A stretch of 64,000 nt of DNA from Candidatus Cloacimonadales bacterium (GTDB taxonomy: Bacteria > Cloacimonadota > Cloacimonadia > Cloacimonadales > DAONDQ01): the NCBI GenBank assembly GCA_963662275.1, contig OY759316.1:3744001-3808000 (forward strand), given 5' to 3'. The translations under genes were made by a program, and so were the position numbers. Of this stretch, positions 20,871 to 31,477 are shown in pieces (within the stretch, counting starts at the first letter, position 1; every line of letters starts with the position of its first letter). The notes under the pieces are model-generated. The model saw only the letters and a list, made by a program, of their open reading frames with translations, was not told the origin of the DNA and made no database searches.

Positions 20871-21995
20871 TTAGAAGAGTTCTACATATTTGTTAAATAT
20901 ATACAATTTATTACGCTGATTACCAGTAATTTCCTTTAGAATTCCAAGCTTTTCGAAATCATTTATTAACTTATATGAAGATACTTTGGTTAAACCGGTT
21001 GCTTGTGAAACATCTTCAGCTTTTACAACTGGATTAGAAAATAGATAAGTGAGTAGTTTATTTCCCTTATGCATTTTTCTTCCCAGCTTGGGTAGAAGTT
21101 GAGTCTCGCAATCTTGCTTAATAGAGATAATCGTCCGAAGACCCTGGATTGCATTGTCGCATGTTTGTTCAATGCCGGTTAATACGAATCTGTACCAGTT
21201 ATTCAAATCATTTTCAGTACGCACCTTCATCAGGTTTTGATAATACAAATCACGATTCATTTCAAAATATTCAGATAGATAAAGAACTGGTTTTCTTAAG
21301 ATACTAGTAGAAACAAAATATAAGGTAAATAACGATCTTCCGATTCTGCCATTCCCATCCAGAAAAGGATGTATTGTCTCAAATTGATAGTGAGCAAGGG
21401 CAATACGTAAAATAGGTGGTAAGCCAGTTTTGTCATTATGCAGGAAATTCTCCAGATCTCCCATCAGTTTATTAACTTCTTCCCAAACAGGCGGTATGAA
21501 ATATGCTGATGCAATACTTGCTCCTCCTATCCAGTTCTGGCTTCTACGAAATTCACAGGGAGATTTATGTTCTCCTCTCACTCCTTGCAGTAAGATAGAA
21601 TGCATTTCTTTGAGTAACCTGGATGAGATCGGAATCCTGTTTAATTGCTCGACGCCGTAATTCATTGCCTCAACATAATTGTTTACTTCTTTCCAGTCAT
21701 TTCTTTTCTCGGGATTAATATCCTCTTCATTCATCAATGCTTCATCAATATTAGTTCGCGTACCTTCGATTCTACTTGATAAAGTAGCTTCCTTGAATAT
21801 ATGCATTTTAATAAATAGATCAATATCTGGAACCAAGTCAGAGTAAGCGCTTAATTCGCCAAGTTTACGACTTGCTTTTTCATATAAGGATAGTAGATCA
21901 GTTTGATCGAAATGATATGGTCTATTGATTAGAGAAGGCTGAAATGCCTTATAAGTGTTATTTTGAATATATTTTCCTGCTTCGAAGTCCTTCAT
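20871..21995 (-). CDS. Fic family protein (class II-like, C-terminal HTH)
   Basis: HPFLDGNGRIGR Fic motif; SSRIEG inhibitory motif. Confidence 0.93.
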   Translation of the reverse strand: MKDFEAGKYIQNNTYKAFQPSLINRPYHFDQTDLLSLYEKASRKLGELSAYSDLVPDIDLFIKMHIFKEATLSSRIEGTRTNIDEALMNEEDINPEKRNDWKEVNNYVEAMNYGVEQLNRIPISSRLLKEMHSILLQGVRGEHKSPCEFRRSQNWIGGASIASAYFIPPVWEEVNKLMGDLENFLHNDKTGLPPILRIALAHYQFETIHPFLDGNGRIGRSLFTLYFVSTSILRKPVLYLSEYFEMNRDLYYQNLMKVRTENDLNNWYRFVLTGIEQTCDNAIQGLRTIISIKQDCETQLLPKLGRKMHKGNKLLTYLFSNPVVKAEDVSQATGLTKVSSYKLINDFEKLGILKEITGNQRNKLYIFNKYVELF

Positions 21996-22056
21996 GATAA
22001 CCTCCTTAGGAATAACTCAAAATTGATAATTATTACTTTATTGTATTTGGCAAGCT

Positions 22057-22171
22057 TTAATTAAGTTTCAGCCTCTAAACTTAACTAAGGATTTTGTTAA
22101 TTAATTTTCAGCCTCTAAACTTAACTAATGAATCTGTTAATTAAGTTTCAGCCTCTAAACTTAACTAAGGA
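22057..22171. repeat. Three ~40-bp tandem repeats with internal palindrome
   Basis: ttaattaa(g/t)tttcagcctctaaacttaactaa repeated at 22057, 22097 and 22137. Confidence 0.9.
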
Positions 22172-22199
22172 ACATGTGAAATACGAAGTTCGAAAGCAG

Positions 22200-22280
22200 A
22201 TAGCAGGAACGGCGTCCTACTCTACAACCGTCTAAAGGCGGAGCTACGAAGACAGCAAGATTGGAATCTTATGCCACAAC
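22200..22280. repeat. Composite REP cluster
   Basis: agcaggaacggcgtcctactctac, aaccgtctaaaggcggagctacg and aagattggaatcttatgccac; related copies at 23925-24031 and 25090-25246. Confidence 0.75.
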
Positions 22281-22305
22281 AGAAGATTCCTGAAGTAATC
22301 TTTAC

Positions 22306-23391
22306 TCAATTCACACAAGTCCAAACAAACTTCCGAATGATGTTATTGAATTTGCTCCATTGATTGGTTGCATGTTGATAATGTCCAGCAACAATACCAG
22401 GAGCAATTCCGATTTGCTTAGCAAGAATGTTAACATCATTCTCTGTTTTCATAAGAGGAATTTGGTCTCTGTATTCCGTGGGAATCAGCATATCTGAGGC
22501 AAAATCATCCGCTTCAACTTCTCTGGGGTCGTTACGGTCATCCTGATCGTTGATGAATACATCACGTTTATCATGCAGCATGACATGTCCGGCTTCATGA
22601 AAGAAAGAGAACCAGAACCTGTCTTCTTTTTTACCCCGTAAATTCAGCATGATAAGGATTTTATCCTTGGAGAGCCATTCAGTAGCACCGCTCCAGGGAA
22701 CATTCTTCATTTCAGGTACTAAGGCAAGAGCTACACCTGATTCGGCACAAAGCTTTGTCAGTGTTGGACAAAATTCTTTCGGTTCTTGTAACGTTAATGA
22801 TCGGATTTTATGTAGATTCTTGAGAAAAGTCGCTCCGTTGTAGGGCTTGCAGTCCATATTTTTTGCCTGTAATTCACCCATACGTATCCATGTGGCAGCA
22901 GCATAGGGATTCGTGCTGAAGCAGGAGGAACGGCGGGTGGCAATTTGGGGTGCTGCCCAATAGTCATGCCATGACTTGACACTGCCAACTCCGAAGAATG
23001 AAAGAACACTCCTGAATTGTTCCATAGAATCTTTATATGGTTTGATGAATCCTCTTTTTATCAGTTCATTCACAGGAATATGAGAAAGCCATTCAAGATC
23101 ACTGGCTAATTGTTCCTTCTCTTCAATTCTCAATAGTTGTGCTCTATATAGAGCTTCGTAATTATTCCAAAACCGGGCAGGTACCCCTGTTACCAACTCC
23201 AATTTATCAGCCGTTTCATAGGTTACCGGTTGTTCCCCTTTAAAAATACGTATAAGAGACTGTTCAGTGATACCCAACCTGATCGCAAACTCTTTTTGAC
23301 TCATGGAAAGATCTTCCATGGTTTCTTTTATTGTACGCCCTGGGGCAACGGCATAATCAGGCATTTGTGCCTCTTTTCTTTTTGCACACAT
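22306..23391 (-). CDS. higA: HigA-type antitoxin with HTH and ImmA/IrrE metallopeptidase domain
   Basis: APG..IKE..E...MSQKEFA.RLG HTH; FWFSFFHEAGH. Confidence 0.88.
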   Translation of the reverse strand: MCAKRKEAQMPDYAVAPGRTIKETMEDLSMSQKEFAIRLGITEQSLIRIFKGEQPVTYETADKLELVTGVPARFWNNYEALYRAQLLRIEEKEQLASDLEWLSHIPVNELIKRGFIKPYKDSMEQFRSVLSFFGVGSVKSWHDYWAAPQIATRRSSCFSTNPYAAATWIRMGELQAKNMDCKPYNGATFLKNLHKIRSLTLQEPKEFCPTLTKLCAESGVALALVPEMKNVPWSGATEWLSKDKILIMLNLRGKKEDRFWFSFFHEAGHVMLHDKRDVFINDQDDRNDPREVEADDFASDMLIPTEYRDQIPLMKTENDVNILAKQIGIAPGIVAGHYQHATNQWSKFNNIIRKFVWTCVN

Positions 23392-23400
23392 TCTAGCCTC

Positions 23401-23736
23401 CTAATGTGTATCTGTAATTTCTATGATTTCAATTTCTGTTACAGCAGAAAGATCAATACCTGTATCAGCAAACCGAGGAACAGGATCGTTAGTAACTTGA
23501 AAGATTAAACGTAAAGGGTGAGTCAAATCGACAGAGAACTGTTCCTTCCGATTTCCTATAAGCATATGACATCTCGGTCTTGGAAAGAGGAATAGAACTG
23601 CTAAAGTTTCAGCTGAAAGTAAATCAAACATGCGTTGTTCAAGCTTCTCTGCACAAAAACTTCCTAACTGCTTTACCATTTCTTTTTTGTCAGTACATAA
23701 TTTCTCAAGCTTCTTTGAATGATAAGTTACTTGCAT
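23401..23736 (-). CDS. higB: HigB/RelE-type toxin (killer-suppression family)
   Basis: RCHML.GNR..QFSVDL.HP.RLIF...IEI.DTH; directly upstream of higA. Confidence 0.82.
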   Translation of the reverse strand: MQVTYHSKKLEKLCTDKKEMVKQLGSFCAEKLEQRMFDLLSAETLAVLFLFPRPRCHMLIGNRKEQFSVDLTHPLRLIFQVTNDPVPRFADTGIDLSAVTEIEIIEITDTH

Positions 23737-23760
23737 ATGCCATCCTTGTCAAGTATAATA

Positions 23761-23781
23761 TATTAACATAGCATGTTAATA
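23761..23781. promoter_or_regulatory. Putative HigA operator
   Basis: Perfect 9-bp IR tattaacat-agc-atgttaata about 25 bp upstream of higB. Confidence 0.6.
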
Positions 23782-23924
23782 AGTTATACTGTATTATCTC
23801 CACAATTATATACGATATCCGATACAAATCTTCTTGCCTTTTTGACTGCTAAATGATTAGCTAAGATGATTATAAGCAGAATGGATTGTCAATGGAAATC
23901 GTGGGAAGTTCGAAGTGCGAATGC

Positions 23925-24031
23925 AGAGAGTAAGAACGGAGTCTTACTCAACGCAAAGTCTCTATTTCCATAAGATCGGAATCTTATGCCACGAAAGTTA
24001 TAGGTTCAGTAGGATCGGAATCCTACTCCAC
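23925..24031. repeat. Composite REP cluster overlapping the 3' end of the DUF488 gene
   Basis: gagtaagaacggagtcttactc, cataagatcggaatcttatgccac and cagtaggatcggaatcctactccac (identical to the RAYT-flanking REP). Confidence 0.8.
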
Positions 24032-24882
24032 CCAAGATCTTTCGTTCTTTTCCTTATCTCTTCAGCCAAGACATGGCGGTGGCAATTCTTAAAATCTGCT
24101 TCAAAACAGGTGAGTGAAATGCGTTTGTTAGAGTTCAGTATTTCCATAATCCTTCCGATGTTCCCATTGTGTTGTGGTAATAAGTTTTCTGAATAGAATG
24201 TAAACAAAGCAGTCTTATTTTGAAATTCTTTCCGATAGCTGGTAGGAATTCCCATTTCAGGGATGTGCAGGTATTCGATTTCGAGCATCTTACAATGCTT
24301 AGCGATGTTCGAGCCTATGAATTCCTTTTTCATACTATAGCTGCTTGCCCTGACATCGACCAGTACCTGGATGTTGTTTTCTATTAGCTGAGATAAGTAC
24401 TTATCTATACTTTTTCCTTCGTAACCGATGGTAAATAAGGTCAGTTCATTTTGTTTCGGTTTGCAACTAGTGACGGCATCCATTTCCTGGGCAGTCAGGA
24501 GTTCCTGCGCTTTGATGCTGTTGATCGCATAACGGGGATAGTGGATAGAGACATATTTCATTAAGTCGTTGGTATTATTGTGTCCGAATTGAACGAGCAT
24601 ATCATCCAACTCGGCTTTTCTCTTTGCACTGATCTTTATAGGAACAGAGCTTTTAATCGTATATTTTTCATCTGCAAAAGCAAGAAAGTCATTTTTGCAT
24701 AATTGATCCAGATCATGCTGAAGAGTAATTGAATAAGGTCCATAACGGTATGGGAAAAAGTCAAAGGATGGGTCATCAGATTCGAGAGTGGATAAGAACA
24801 TCAGCTTTTGCAGCTTAGTTTTGCCTGATTGCTGAAGTTTATCAACCATGTAAAGCAGTTCTTTTTGACGATTAAATAGCAC
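23998..24882 (-). CDS. DUF488 domain protein with N-terminal YwgA/DUF4065-like domain
   Basis: TKLQKLMFL...FFPYRYGPYS; LFTIGYEG...LVDVR...LTCFE.D...CHR..LAE. Confidence 0.8.
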   Translation of the reverse strand: MLFNRQKELLYMVDKLQQSGKTKLQKLMFLSTLESDDPSFDFFPYRYGPYSITLQHDLDQLCKNDFLAFADEKYTIKSSVPIKISAKRKAELDDMLVQFGHNNTNDLMKYVSIHYPRYAINSIKAQELLTAQEMDAVTSCKPKQNELTLFTIGYEGKSIDKYLSQLIENNIQVLVDVRASSYSMKKEFIGSNIAKHCKMLEIEYLHIPEMGIPTSYRKEFQNKTALFTFYSENLLPQHNGNIGRIMEILNSNKRISLTCFEADFKNCHRHVLAEEIRKRTKDLGWSRIPILLNL

Positions 24883-25089
24883 TACACCCTCTCATGCATA
24901 AGATGCATTTAGAAATAGATATACCGCATAGGTTGTCAATAAAAAATCATCGTTAGTGATTAATATGTCGATGCTATCGACATGTTCTTTTAACGTGTCG
25001 ATTTTGACGATGAAAATCGACACGTATTGATTCTTAATTAAGTTTTGATAGGTAACTTGTGGCTGAAGAGAAGACGGAAAGTCTCAGGT

Positions 25090-25246
25090 TCCATAAGATT
25101 GGAATCTTATGCCACGGTTTCAGCAGGAACGGCGTCCTACTCTACGCAGAGCAGAACTAACTCTCCCCTTCGACTACGCTCAGGGAACACCTAACCCCTC
25201 TCTTTGCAAAAGCGAGGGAACAGCACCGGCTAAACCCGGAGCTACG
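25090..25246. repeat. Composite REP/palindrome cluster
   Basis: cataagattggaatcttatgccacg, agcaggaacggcgtcctactctac, ccttcgactacgctcagggaa (also at ~56872), cctctctttgcaaaagcgaggg and accggctaaacccggagctacg. Confidence 0.8.
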
Positions 25247-25262
25247 TAGCAATTTTTAGTTA

Positions 25263-25919
25263 TTAGTTTTTAGCTTTTAGTTTTGAGATATTATCTGTCA
25301 GCGTTTTATCATCTTCTGACCAATAATGACCTGCAATAAGATACCTGAAAGGGTACTTCTTATAAGATTCAAGTGTATTGATGAAGATTTCACGGCTGAC
25401 ATCGTTCTCATAAAGTTCGGGTTCTTCCACATTATCGCCAACGATAAGAACCTGGTCGATTGAGTCATAGATGGATATGGAATCAGAAGTATGACCTGGA
25501 GAATGGAAGATCCCAACCCTTTCATTAAGAAACGTTATCTTCTCTGAGAATGTGATGTTGGGGATGGGTATCTCAATTTGGTCACGTATGTATTTTTGAT
25601 TTTCTTTCAGTTGCTCAGCGAAATGGATTCCCAATTCCTTTGAGAATAGATCATGGGCTACGAATAAGCCTTGAGGAAAGGCAGAGTTACCCCAGATATG
25701 ATCCCAGTCATAGTGAGTATTAACAATGACAGTTTTACGAGTTTCAATTAATGCTTCGAGGTATTTCAAAACAGGTTCTATATAAGAAGCTCCAAGGTAG
25801 GTATCGATAACAAAAACGTGCTCTTCACCAATGATTACATAGACATGAGTTGAAAAGCCAACCAAATCATCAAAGATGAATAGTTGACCGCGTTGTCCAA
25901 TTGAATACTGTTTCATCAT
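25263..25919 (-). CDS. MBL-fold metallo-hydrolase
   Basis: NTHYDWDHIWGN, PGHTSD, VGD, AGH. Confidence 0.88.
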   Translation of the reverse strand: MMKQYSIGQRGQLFIFDDLVGFSTHVYVIIGEEHVFVIDTYLGASYIEPVLKYLEALIETRKTVIVNTHYDWDHIWGNSAFPQGLFVAHDLFSKELGIHFAEQLKENQKYIRDQIEIPIPNITFSEKITFLNERVGIFHSPGHTSDSISIYDSIDQVLIVGDNVEEPELYENDVSREIFINTLESYKKYPFRYLIAGHYWSEDDKTLTDNISKLKAKN

Positions 25920-26749
25920 TTGATCTCAATCATATCAATGCGATTCTCCATCATCACAGGCAAGACGAGGATATTTTTTACTGGATTATAACCAATATCC
26001 GCAGGTCCGTTATAGCCATCCTTCACTAGTACTGGTGTTTTTTTGAAATCAGGGTCGAGTTTGAATACTCCTTTTGATCCCCAACTGGTAATATAATAAT
26101 TCCCCTTTTGATCACGGGTAAAGCCATCCAGGCTGGAAAATGTGGTTGTCATGACTGTTTCAATTTTTTGCGTATCCCAATATAAAGCCTGGATTGGAGA
26201 ATTATCAATTTGGGAACAAATGAGCAGTCTCTTGTTGGTGGCATCATACAAAATACCGTTCGGTTTGATGAGTTGAGGGTTTTTAAAGACTTCCATTTTC
26301 TTGGTGTTGAGGTCAATCCGATAGATCAGGCTTGCATTGGAATCCGAGCAGAATAGATAATGTGAATCATCCACTTCAATATCATTGGGGAACTGTGAAT
26401 TCGGTAAGTTCAATAGCCGAAGCTGTTTTCCATCCTTCAGGGAAAAAGCCCTTACTGCATCTATATCTGATACATACAAAATATCTTTGCGAATAGCCAG
26501 ACCTTTGGGTCCTTTCAGTCCACTTGCAAAAAGAGTTAATCTGTTGCTATCATCCATTGATATGATGTTTTTTCCTGCCACATTGGAAATCAAATACCTA
26601 TGATATGAAGCATCATAGACAACACTTTCCGGATGATTTAAGGAAATTTTGCCTGATACGGGTTTCGAACATGACAAATTAGAACTGATTAATACGCACT
26701 GAAAAGCAATAAAGGAAATTGTTAAGCATCTGGAAATCACATTATTCAC
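25916..26749 (-). CDS. SMP-30/gluconolactonase-like beta-propeller, probably exported
   Basis: PESVVYD, GPKGL, PNDI, PNGI, LDG, GPADI repeats. Confidence 0.8.
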   Translation of the reverse strand: MNNVISRCLTISFIAFQCVLISSNLSCSKPVSGKISLNHPESVVYDASYHRYLISNVAGKNIISMDDSNRLTLFASGLKGPKGLAIRKDILYVSDIDAVRAFSLKDGKQLRLLNLPNSQFPNDIEVDDSHYLFCSDSNASLIYRIDLNTKKMEVFKNPQLIKPNGILYDATNKRLLICSQIDNSPIQALYWDTQKIETVMTTTFSSLDGFTRDQKGNYYITSWGSKGVFKLDPDFKKTPVLVKDGYNGPADIGYNPVKNILVLPVMMENRIDMIEIK

Positions 26750-27073
26750 ATCTACCTCCCTTTGATTGTGGATAAGGAATAAAAAATTTCTGTCAGTAAT
26801 AACTGAATCATAATAAGTAAGTTAATTCATACACATAAAAAAGGCAAGGAATTTGATAATCGAAGTTAAAACTATACGTTTAATACAGATATCAATCGTG
26901 GATCAGATGAAGGGAATAAAGGATATAAACAAAAAGATGGAATAAATGTTTGACAGCAGATGGGGAGGCTCTTTTTTTTGCTCACAGGTAATTTTTGTTC
27001 TTTGAAACACGCGATGAGTGGGAAAATAATGGTTGACACAAAAGAAGTGGTTAAATTTCAGTGATATTCACGT

Positions 27074-27148
27074 GCCGATGTAGCTCAACGGTAGAGCTAT
27101 TGATTTGTAATCAATAGGTTGGGGGTTCGATTCCCTTCATCGGCTCCA
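27074..27148 (+). tRNA. tRNA-Thr(TGT)
   Basis: Cloverleaf, anticodon loop tt-tgt-aa, encoded CCA. Confidence 0.95.
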
Positions 27149-27156
27149 TATTCAGT

Positions 27157-27242
27157 GGTGGGGTTCCCGAGTGGTCAAAGGGAACAGACTGTAAATCTGT
27201 CGGCGGACGCCTTCGGAGGTTCAAATCCTCCCCCCACCACCA
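27157..27242 (+). tRNA. tRNA-Tyr(GTA)
   Basis: Anticodon ct-gta-aa, long variable arm, CCA. Confidence 0.95.
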
Positions 27243-27273
27243 TCCTTTATTTTAATGACGTCAGAATGCATGT

Positions 27274-27350
27274 GCGGGAATAGCTCAGTTGGCTAGAGCA
27301 TCAGCCTTCCAAGCTGAGGGTCGCGGGTTCGAATCCCGTTTCCCGCTCCA
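27274..27350 (+). tRNA. tRNA-Gly(TCC)
   Basis: Anticodon ct-tcc-aa, CCA. Confidence 0.95.
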
Positions 27351-27360
27351 TTTTATAACC

Positions 27361-27436
27361 GCTCATGTAGCTCAGTCGGTAGAGCACCTCCTTGGTAAGG
27401 AGGAGGTCACCGGTTCAAATCCGGTCATGAGCTCCA
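27361..27436 (+). tRNA. tRNA-Thr(GGT)
   Basis: Anticodon tt-ggt-aa, CCA. Confidence 0.95.
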
Positions 27437-27502
27437 TATTTTCTTTTTCTACCAAAAAGAAATAAACTAACAGATCAACGATAATCAAGTCCGGGAGGAG
27501 TT

Positions 27503-28687
<1,185 letters not shown>

Positions 28688-28696
28688 GTTGTAATA

Positions 28697-28846
28697 ATGA
28701 GAGATATCATTACCTTAGCTTGTGAAGAATGTAAGAATAGAAATTATACGACAACAAAGAATAAGCGCAAAAATCCTAACAGGATGGAACTGAAGAAGTA
28801 TTGTCCTTTCTGTCGTAAACATACCCCTCACAAGCAGACACGTTAG
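28697..28846 (+). CDS. rpmG: 50S ribosomal protein L33 (Zn-binding C+ form), absent from the ORF track
   Basis: [49 protein letters not shown]. Confidence 0.97.
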   Translation: MRDIITLACEECKNRNYTTTKNKRKNPNRMELKKYCPFCRKHTPHKQTR

Positions 28847-28856
28847 CACAAATTGC

Positions 28857-28932
28857 AGGATAGTAGCTCAACTGGTAGAGCATCGGTCTCCAAAACCGAG
28901 GGTTGCGGGTTCAAGTCCTGCCTGTCCTGCCA
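28857..28932 (+). tRNA. tRNA-Trp(CCA)
   Basis: Anticodon ct-cca-aa, between rpmG and secE. Confidence 0.93.
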
Positions 28933-29006
28933 GTATAAATATATAGGAAGTCCAGCAATCATTTGATTGCTGGCTTTCCTAATCTCAAGGAAAGGGACGG
29001 TTTAAT

Positions 29007-29192
29007 ATGTTCCATAAGTTTATCAAGTTTCTGAAAGATGTCAAAGCAGAAATGAAATCAGTCAGTTGGCCTTCTAAAGCTGATATTACCGAAGGTACAA
29101 CCGTAGTTATTGTGATGTCAGGCATAGTATCCATATTTTTATCTATCGTTGATCTGACCTTTCAGTTTATTGTCGGCAAGATTTTTTACTAG
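29007..29192 (+). CDS. secE: Preprotein translocase SecE
   Basis: EMKSVSWPS plus TM helix; synteny. Confidence 0.93.
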   Translation: MFHKFIKFLKDVKAEMKSVSWPSKADITEGTTVVIVMSGIVSIFLSIVDLTFQFIVGKIFY

Positions 29193-29197
29193 GTTTG

Positions 29198-29722
29198 ATG
29201 ATGAAATGGTATGTAGTTCATACGTATGCTTCACATGAAAATCGCGTGAAGGAAACGATCGATAAAGGTAAATTGGGCACAGCCCTGGAAACCAGAATCG
29301 GTCAGATTCTGATCCCAACACAGAAGACTTTTCATATTCGTGATGGGAAAAAGATTGAACGAGAAAAGAAGCTCTTCAATAGTTATATAATCATGGAAGC
29401 AGAATTAGACCCTGAGGTAATAGGATTTGTGACCAATATTGCAGGTGTCACAAATTTCCTTGGTGATGGGAAGCGTCCTGTCCCTCTAACGGATTCAGAG
29501 GTGAATCGTTTATTAGGAATTGCCGATAGGGATAAAGATGATGTTCATAATTATGAATATCTACCAGGCGATATGGTCAAGATTATAGCAGGACCATTTA
29601 CCGATTTTGACGGAGTGATTGAAAAAGTCAGTGATGGCGGTGCAAAACTAGTCGTCAACGTTTCCGTTTTTGGCAGGAGTACACCGGTTGAGGTGAATAC
29701 TGACCAAGCTGAAAAGAAATAA
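29198..29722 (+). CDS. nusG: Transcription termination/antitermination factor NusG
   Basis: KWYVVHT..HEN.V; GPF.DF.G; VFGRSTPVE. Confidence 0.97.
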   Translation: MMKWYVVHTYASHENRVKETIDKGKLGTALETRIGQILIPTQKTFHIRDGKKIEREKKLFNSYIIMEAELDPEVIGFVTNIAGVTNFLGDGKRPVPLTDSEVNRLLGIADRDKDDVHNYEYLPGDMVKIIAGPFTDFDGVIEKVSDGGAKLVVNVSVFGRSTPVEVNTDQAEKK

Positions 29723-29742
29723 ATAGAAGATAGAGGTATAAA

Positions 29743-30174
29743 ATGGCATTACCCAAAGATGTAGTAAACGTAATTAAATTGCAACTGCCTGCTGGAAAGG
29801 CTACACCAGCACCTCCCGTTGGACCTGCTTTAGGTCAAGCCGGTGTAAATATTCCTGATTTTTGCCGTCAATTTAATGAAAGAACTTCCGATCAACCCGG
29901 TATGGTTTTTCCGGTTGTGATCTATGTGACAAAGAAAAAGACCTTTACTTTTGAAATCAAAACACCTCCGGCAGCTATCCTAATCAAAAAGGAAGCAAAC
30001 CTGGCAAAAGGTTCCGGAGTTCCCAATAAAACAAAAGTTGGGAAGATTAATAAAGCTCAAGTTAAGAAAATTGCAGAATTAAAAATTCAAGATATGAATT
30101 GTTTTTCCCTAGAGTCCGCCATGAGTATGGTCGCAGGCACTGCAAGAAGCATGGGAGTAGTTGTAGAAGACTAG
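29743..30174 (+). CDS. rplK: 50S ribosomal protein L11
   Basis: [16 protein letters not shown]...GTARSMG. Confidence 0.99.
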   Translation: MALPKDVVNVIKLQLPAGKATPAPPVGPALGQAGVNIPDFCRQFNERTSDQPGMVFPVVIYVTKKKTFTFEIKTPPAAILIKKEANLAKGSGVPNKTKVGKINKAQVKKIAELKIQDMNCFSLESAMSMVAGTARSMGVVVED

Positions 30175-30208
30175 GCTCCACGCAGGAGACAATATTCAAG
30201 GAGAGTAA

Positions 30209-30913
30209 ATGAAACGTAGTAAAAGGTATGAGCAAGCCAGCAAATTAGTGAATCGCCAGATTCGTTATGAGCTTGATGGAGCCATCGAATTGATTAAAAG
30301 CTTACCAGCTTCCAAGTTTGATGAAACCATTGAGATTCATATGAACCTTGGTGTGGATCCACGAAAGGCTGAGCAGCAAATACGCAACTCTCTCGTTTTA
30401 CCGAATGGTACAGGTAAGACTGTGAGAGTTTTAGTTTTTGCTGAAGGTGAAAAAGCCGAAGAAGCTAAGGCTGCCGGTGCCGATTATGTTGGTGTGGATG
30501 ATTTAATGGAGAAGATCAGCGGTGGCTGGTATGACTTCGATATGGTGATTTCCACTCCCAATTTAATGGGTAAGATCGGTAAGCTGGGTCGTGTTCTCGG
30601 TCCTCGCGGTTTAATGCCAAATCCAAAAGTCGGAACAGTGACAATGGATGTAACAAAAGCTGTTATGGAATCAAAGTCAGGAAAGGTAACCTATCGAGTC
30701 GATAAGTTTTCAAACCTGCATATTCCAACCGGTAAAGTCAGTTTTACCAAAGAGGACTTGAAAGAGAACATCAAAACTATAATCGCTGCAATTTTGCGCG
30801 ATAGACCGGCCACGTTGAAAGGGATATTCATCAAGAGTATCACCTTAACATCAACGATGGGACCAGGCATCAAAATCAACGTCGCAAGCGCATCAGCCGA
30901 AGCGAAGAGTTAG
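30209..30913 (+). CDS. rplA: 50S ribosomal protein L1
   Basis: KFDETIE, LGPRGLMPNPK.GTV, STMGPG. Confidence 0.99.
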   Translation: MKRSKRYEQASKLVNRQIRYELDGAIELIKSLPASKFDETIEIHMNLGVDPRKAEQQIRNSLVLPNGTGKTVRVLVFAEGEKAEEAKAAGADYVGVDDLMEKISGGWYDFDMVISTPNLMGKIGKLGRVLGPRGLMPNPKVGTVTMDVTKAVMESKSGKVTYRVDKFSNLHIPTGKVSFTKEDLKENIKTIIAAILRDRPATLKGIFIKSITLTSTMGPGIKINVASASAEAKS

Positions 30914-30921
30914 GAGGCAAC

Positions 30922-31452
30922 ATGGTGCAAGCTTACAAAGAAGATCTGGTATACGAATTAAAGACGCGACTTAAAGATGCCAAAGCGATTATTCTGGTGG
31001 ATTACAAGGGAATTAACATCGAAGAAGTCAACGCCTTGCGCAACCGGTTGAGAAATGCCGGTGTGGACTATTTTGTCCAGAAAAACACCTTGATCAAGAT
31101 CGCCTTACATGATCTTGGAATCAATGATCTGGATACGTTTTTAGTAGGTCCGACTGCCGTTGCGGTGTGCAAGAATGATGAAGTAGCTCCAGCCCGGGAG
31201 ATATCCAAATTTGTGAAAGAAGTGATGGAGGAAAAAGGTTTCCCATCTTTCAAAGTTGGGCTGGTCAATGGTGATGTTTTATCAGCGAACCAAGTATTAG
31301 CGCTGGCAAAGCTACCATCGAGAGAAGAATTACTATCGAGAGTCATCGGCAGTATGAATTCACCGCTTACCGGATTTGTCAGAGTGCTCCAAGGGGTCAT
31401 TCTACAATTTGTCTATACCGTAGAAGCGGTTGCCAAAAAAAAGGCAAACTAA
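30922..31452 (+). CDS. rplJ: 50S ribosomal protein L10
   Basis: DYKG, KNTL, LAKLPSREEL; synteny. Confidence 0.97.
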   Translation: MVQAYKEDLVYELKTRLKDAKAIILVDYKGINIEEVNALRNRLRNAGVDYFVQKNTLIKIALHDLGINDLDTFLVGPTAVAVCKNDEVAPAREISKFVKEVMEEKGFPSFKVGLVNGDVLSANQVLALAKLPSREELLSRVIGSMNSPLTGFVRVLQGVILQFVYTVEAVAKKKAN

Positions 31453-31477
31453 ATAAATTATAAACGATGGAGGAACA

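Noticed and set aside
22057..22171. Mini-CRISPR
   Set aside because: The units are contiguous tandem repeats with only ~8 variable bases, so there are no real spacers.
18750..25260. Integron or prophage
   Set aside because: No tyrosine/serine integrase, no convincing attC sites and no phage structural genes.
30150..30921. Ribosomal protein L1/L10 leader RNAs
   Set aside because: The rplA-rplJ gap is only 8 bp, and the gggag…ctccac resemblance at the rplK-rplA junction is too weak to call.
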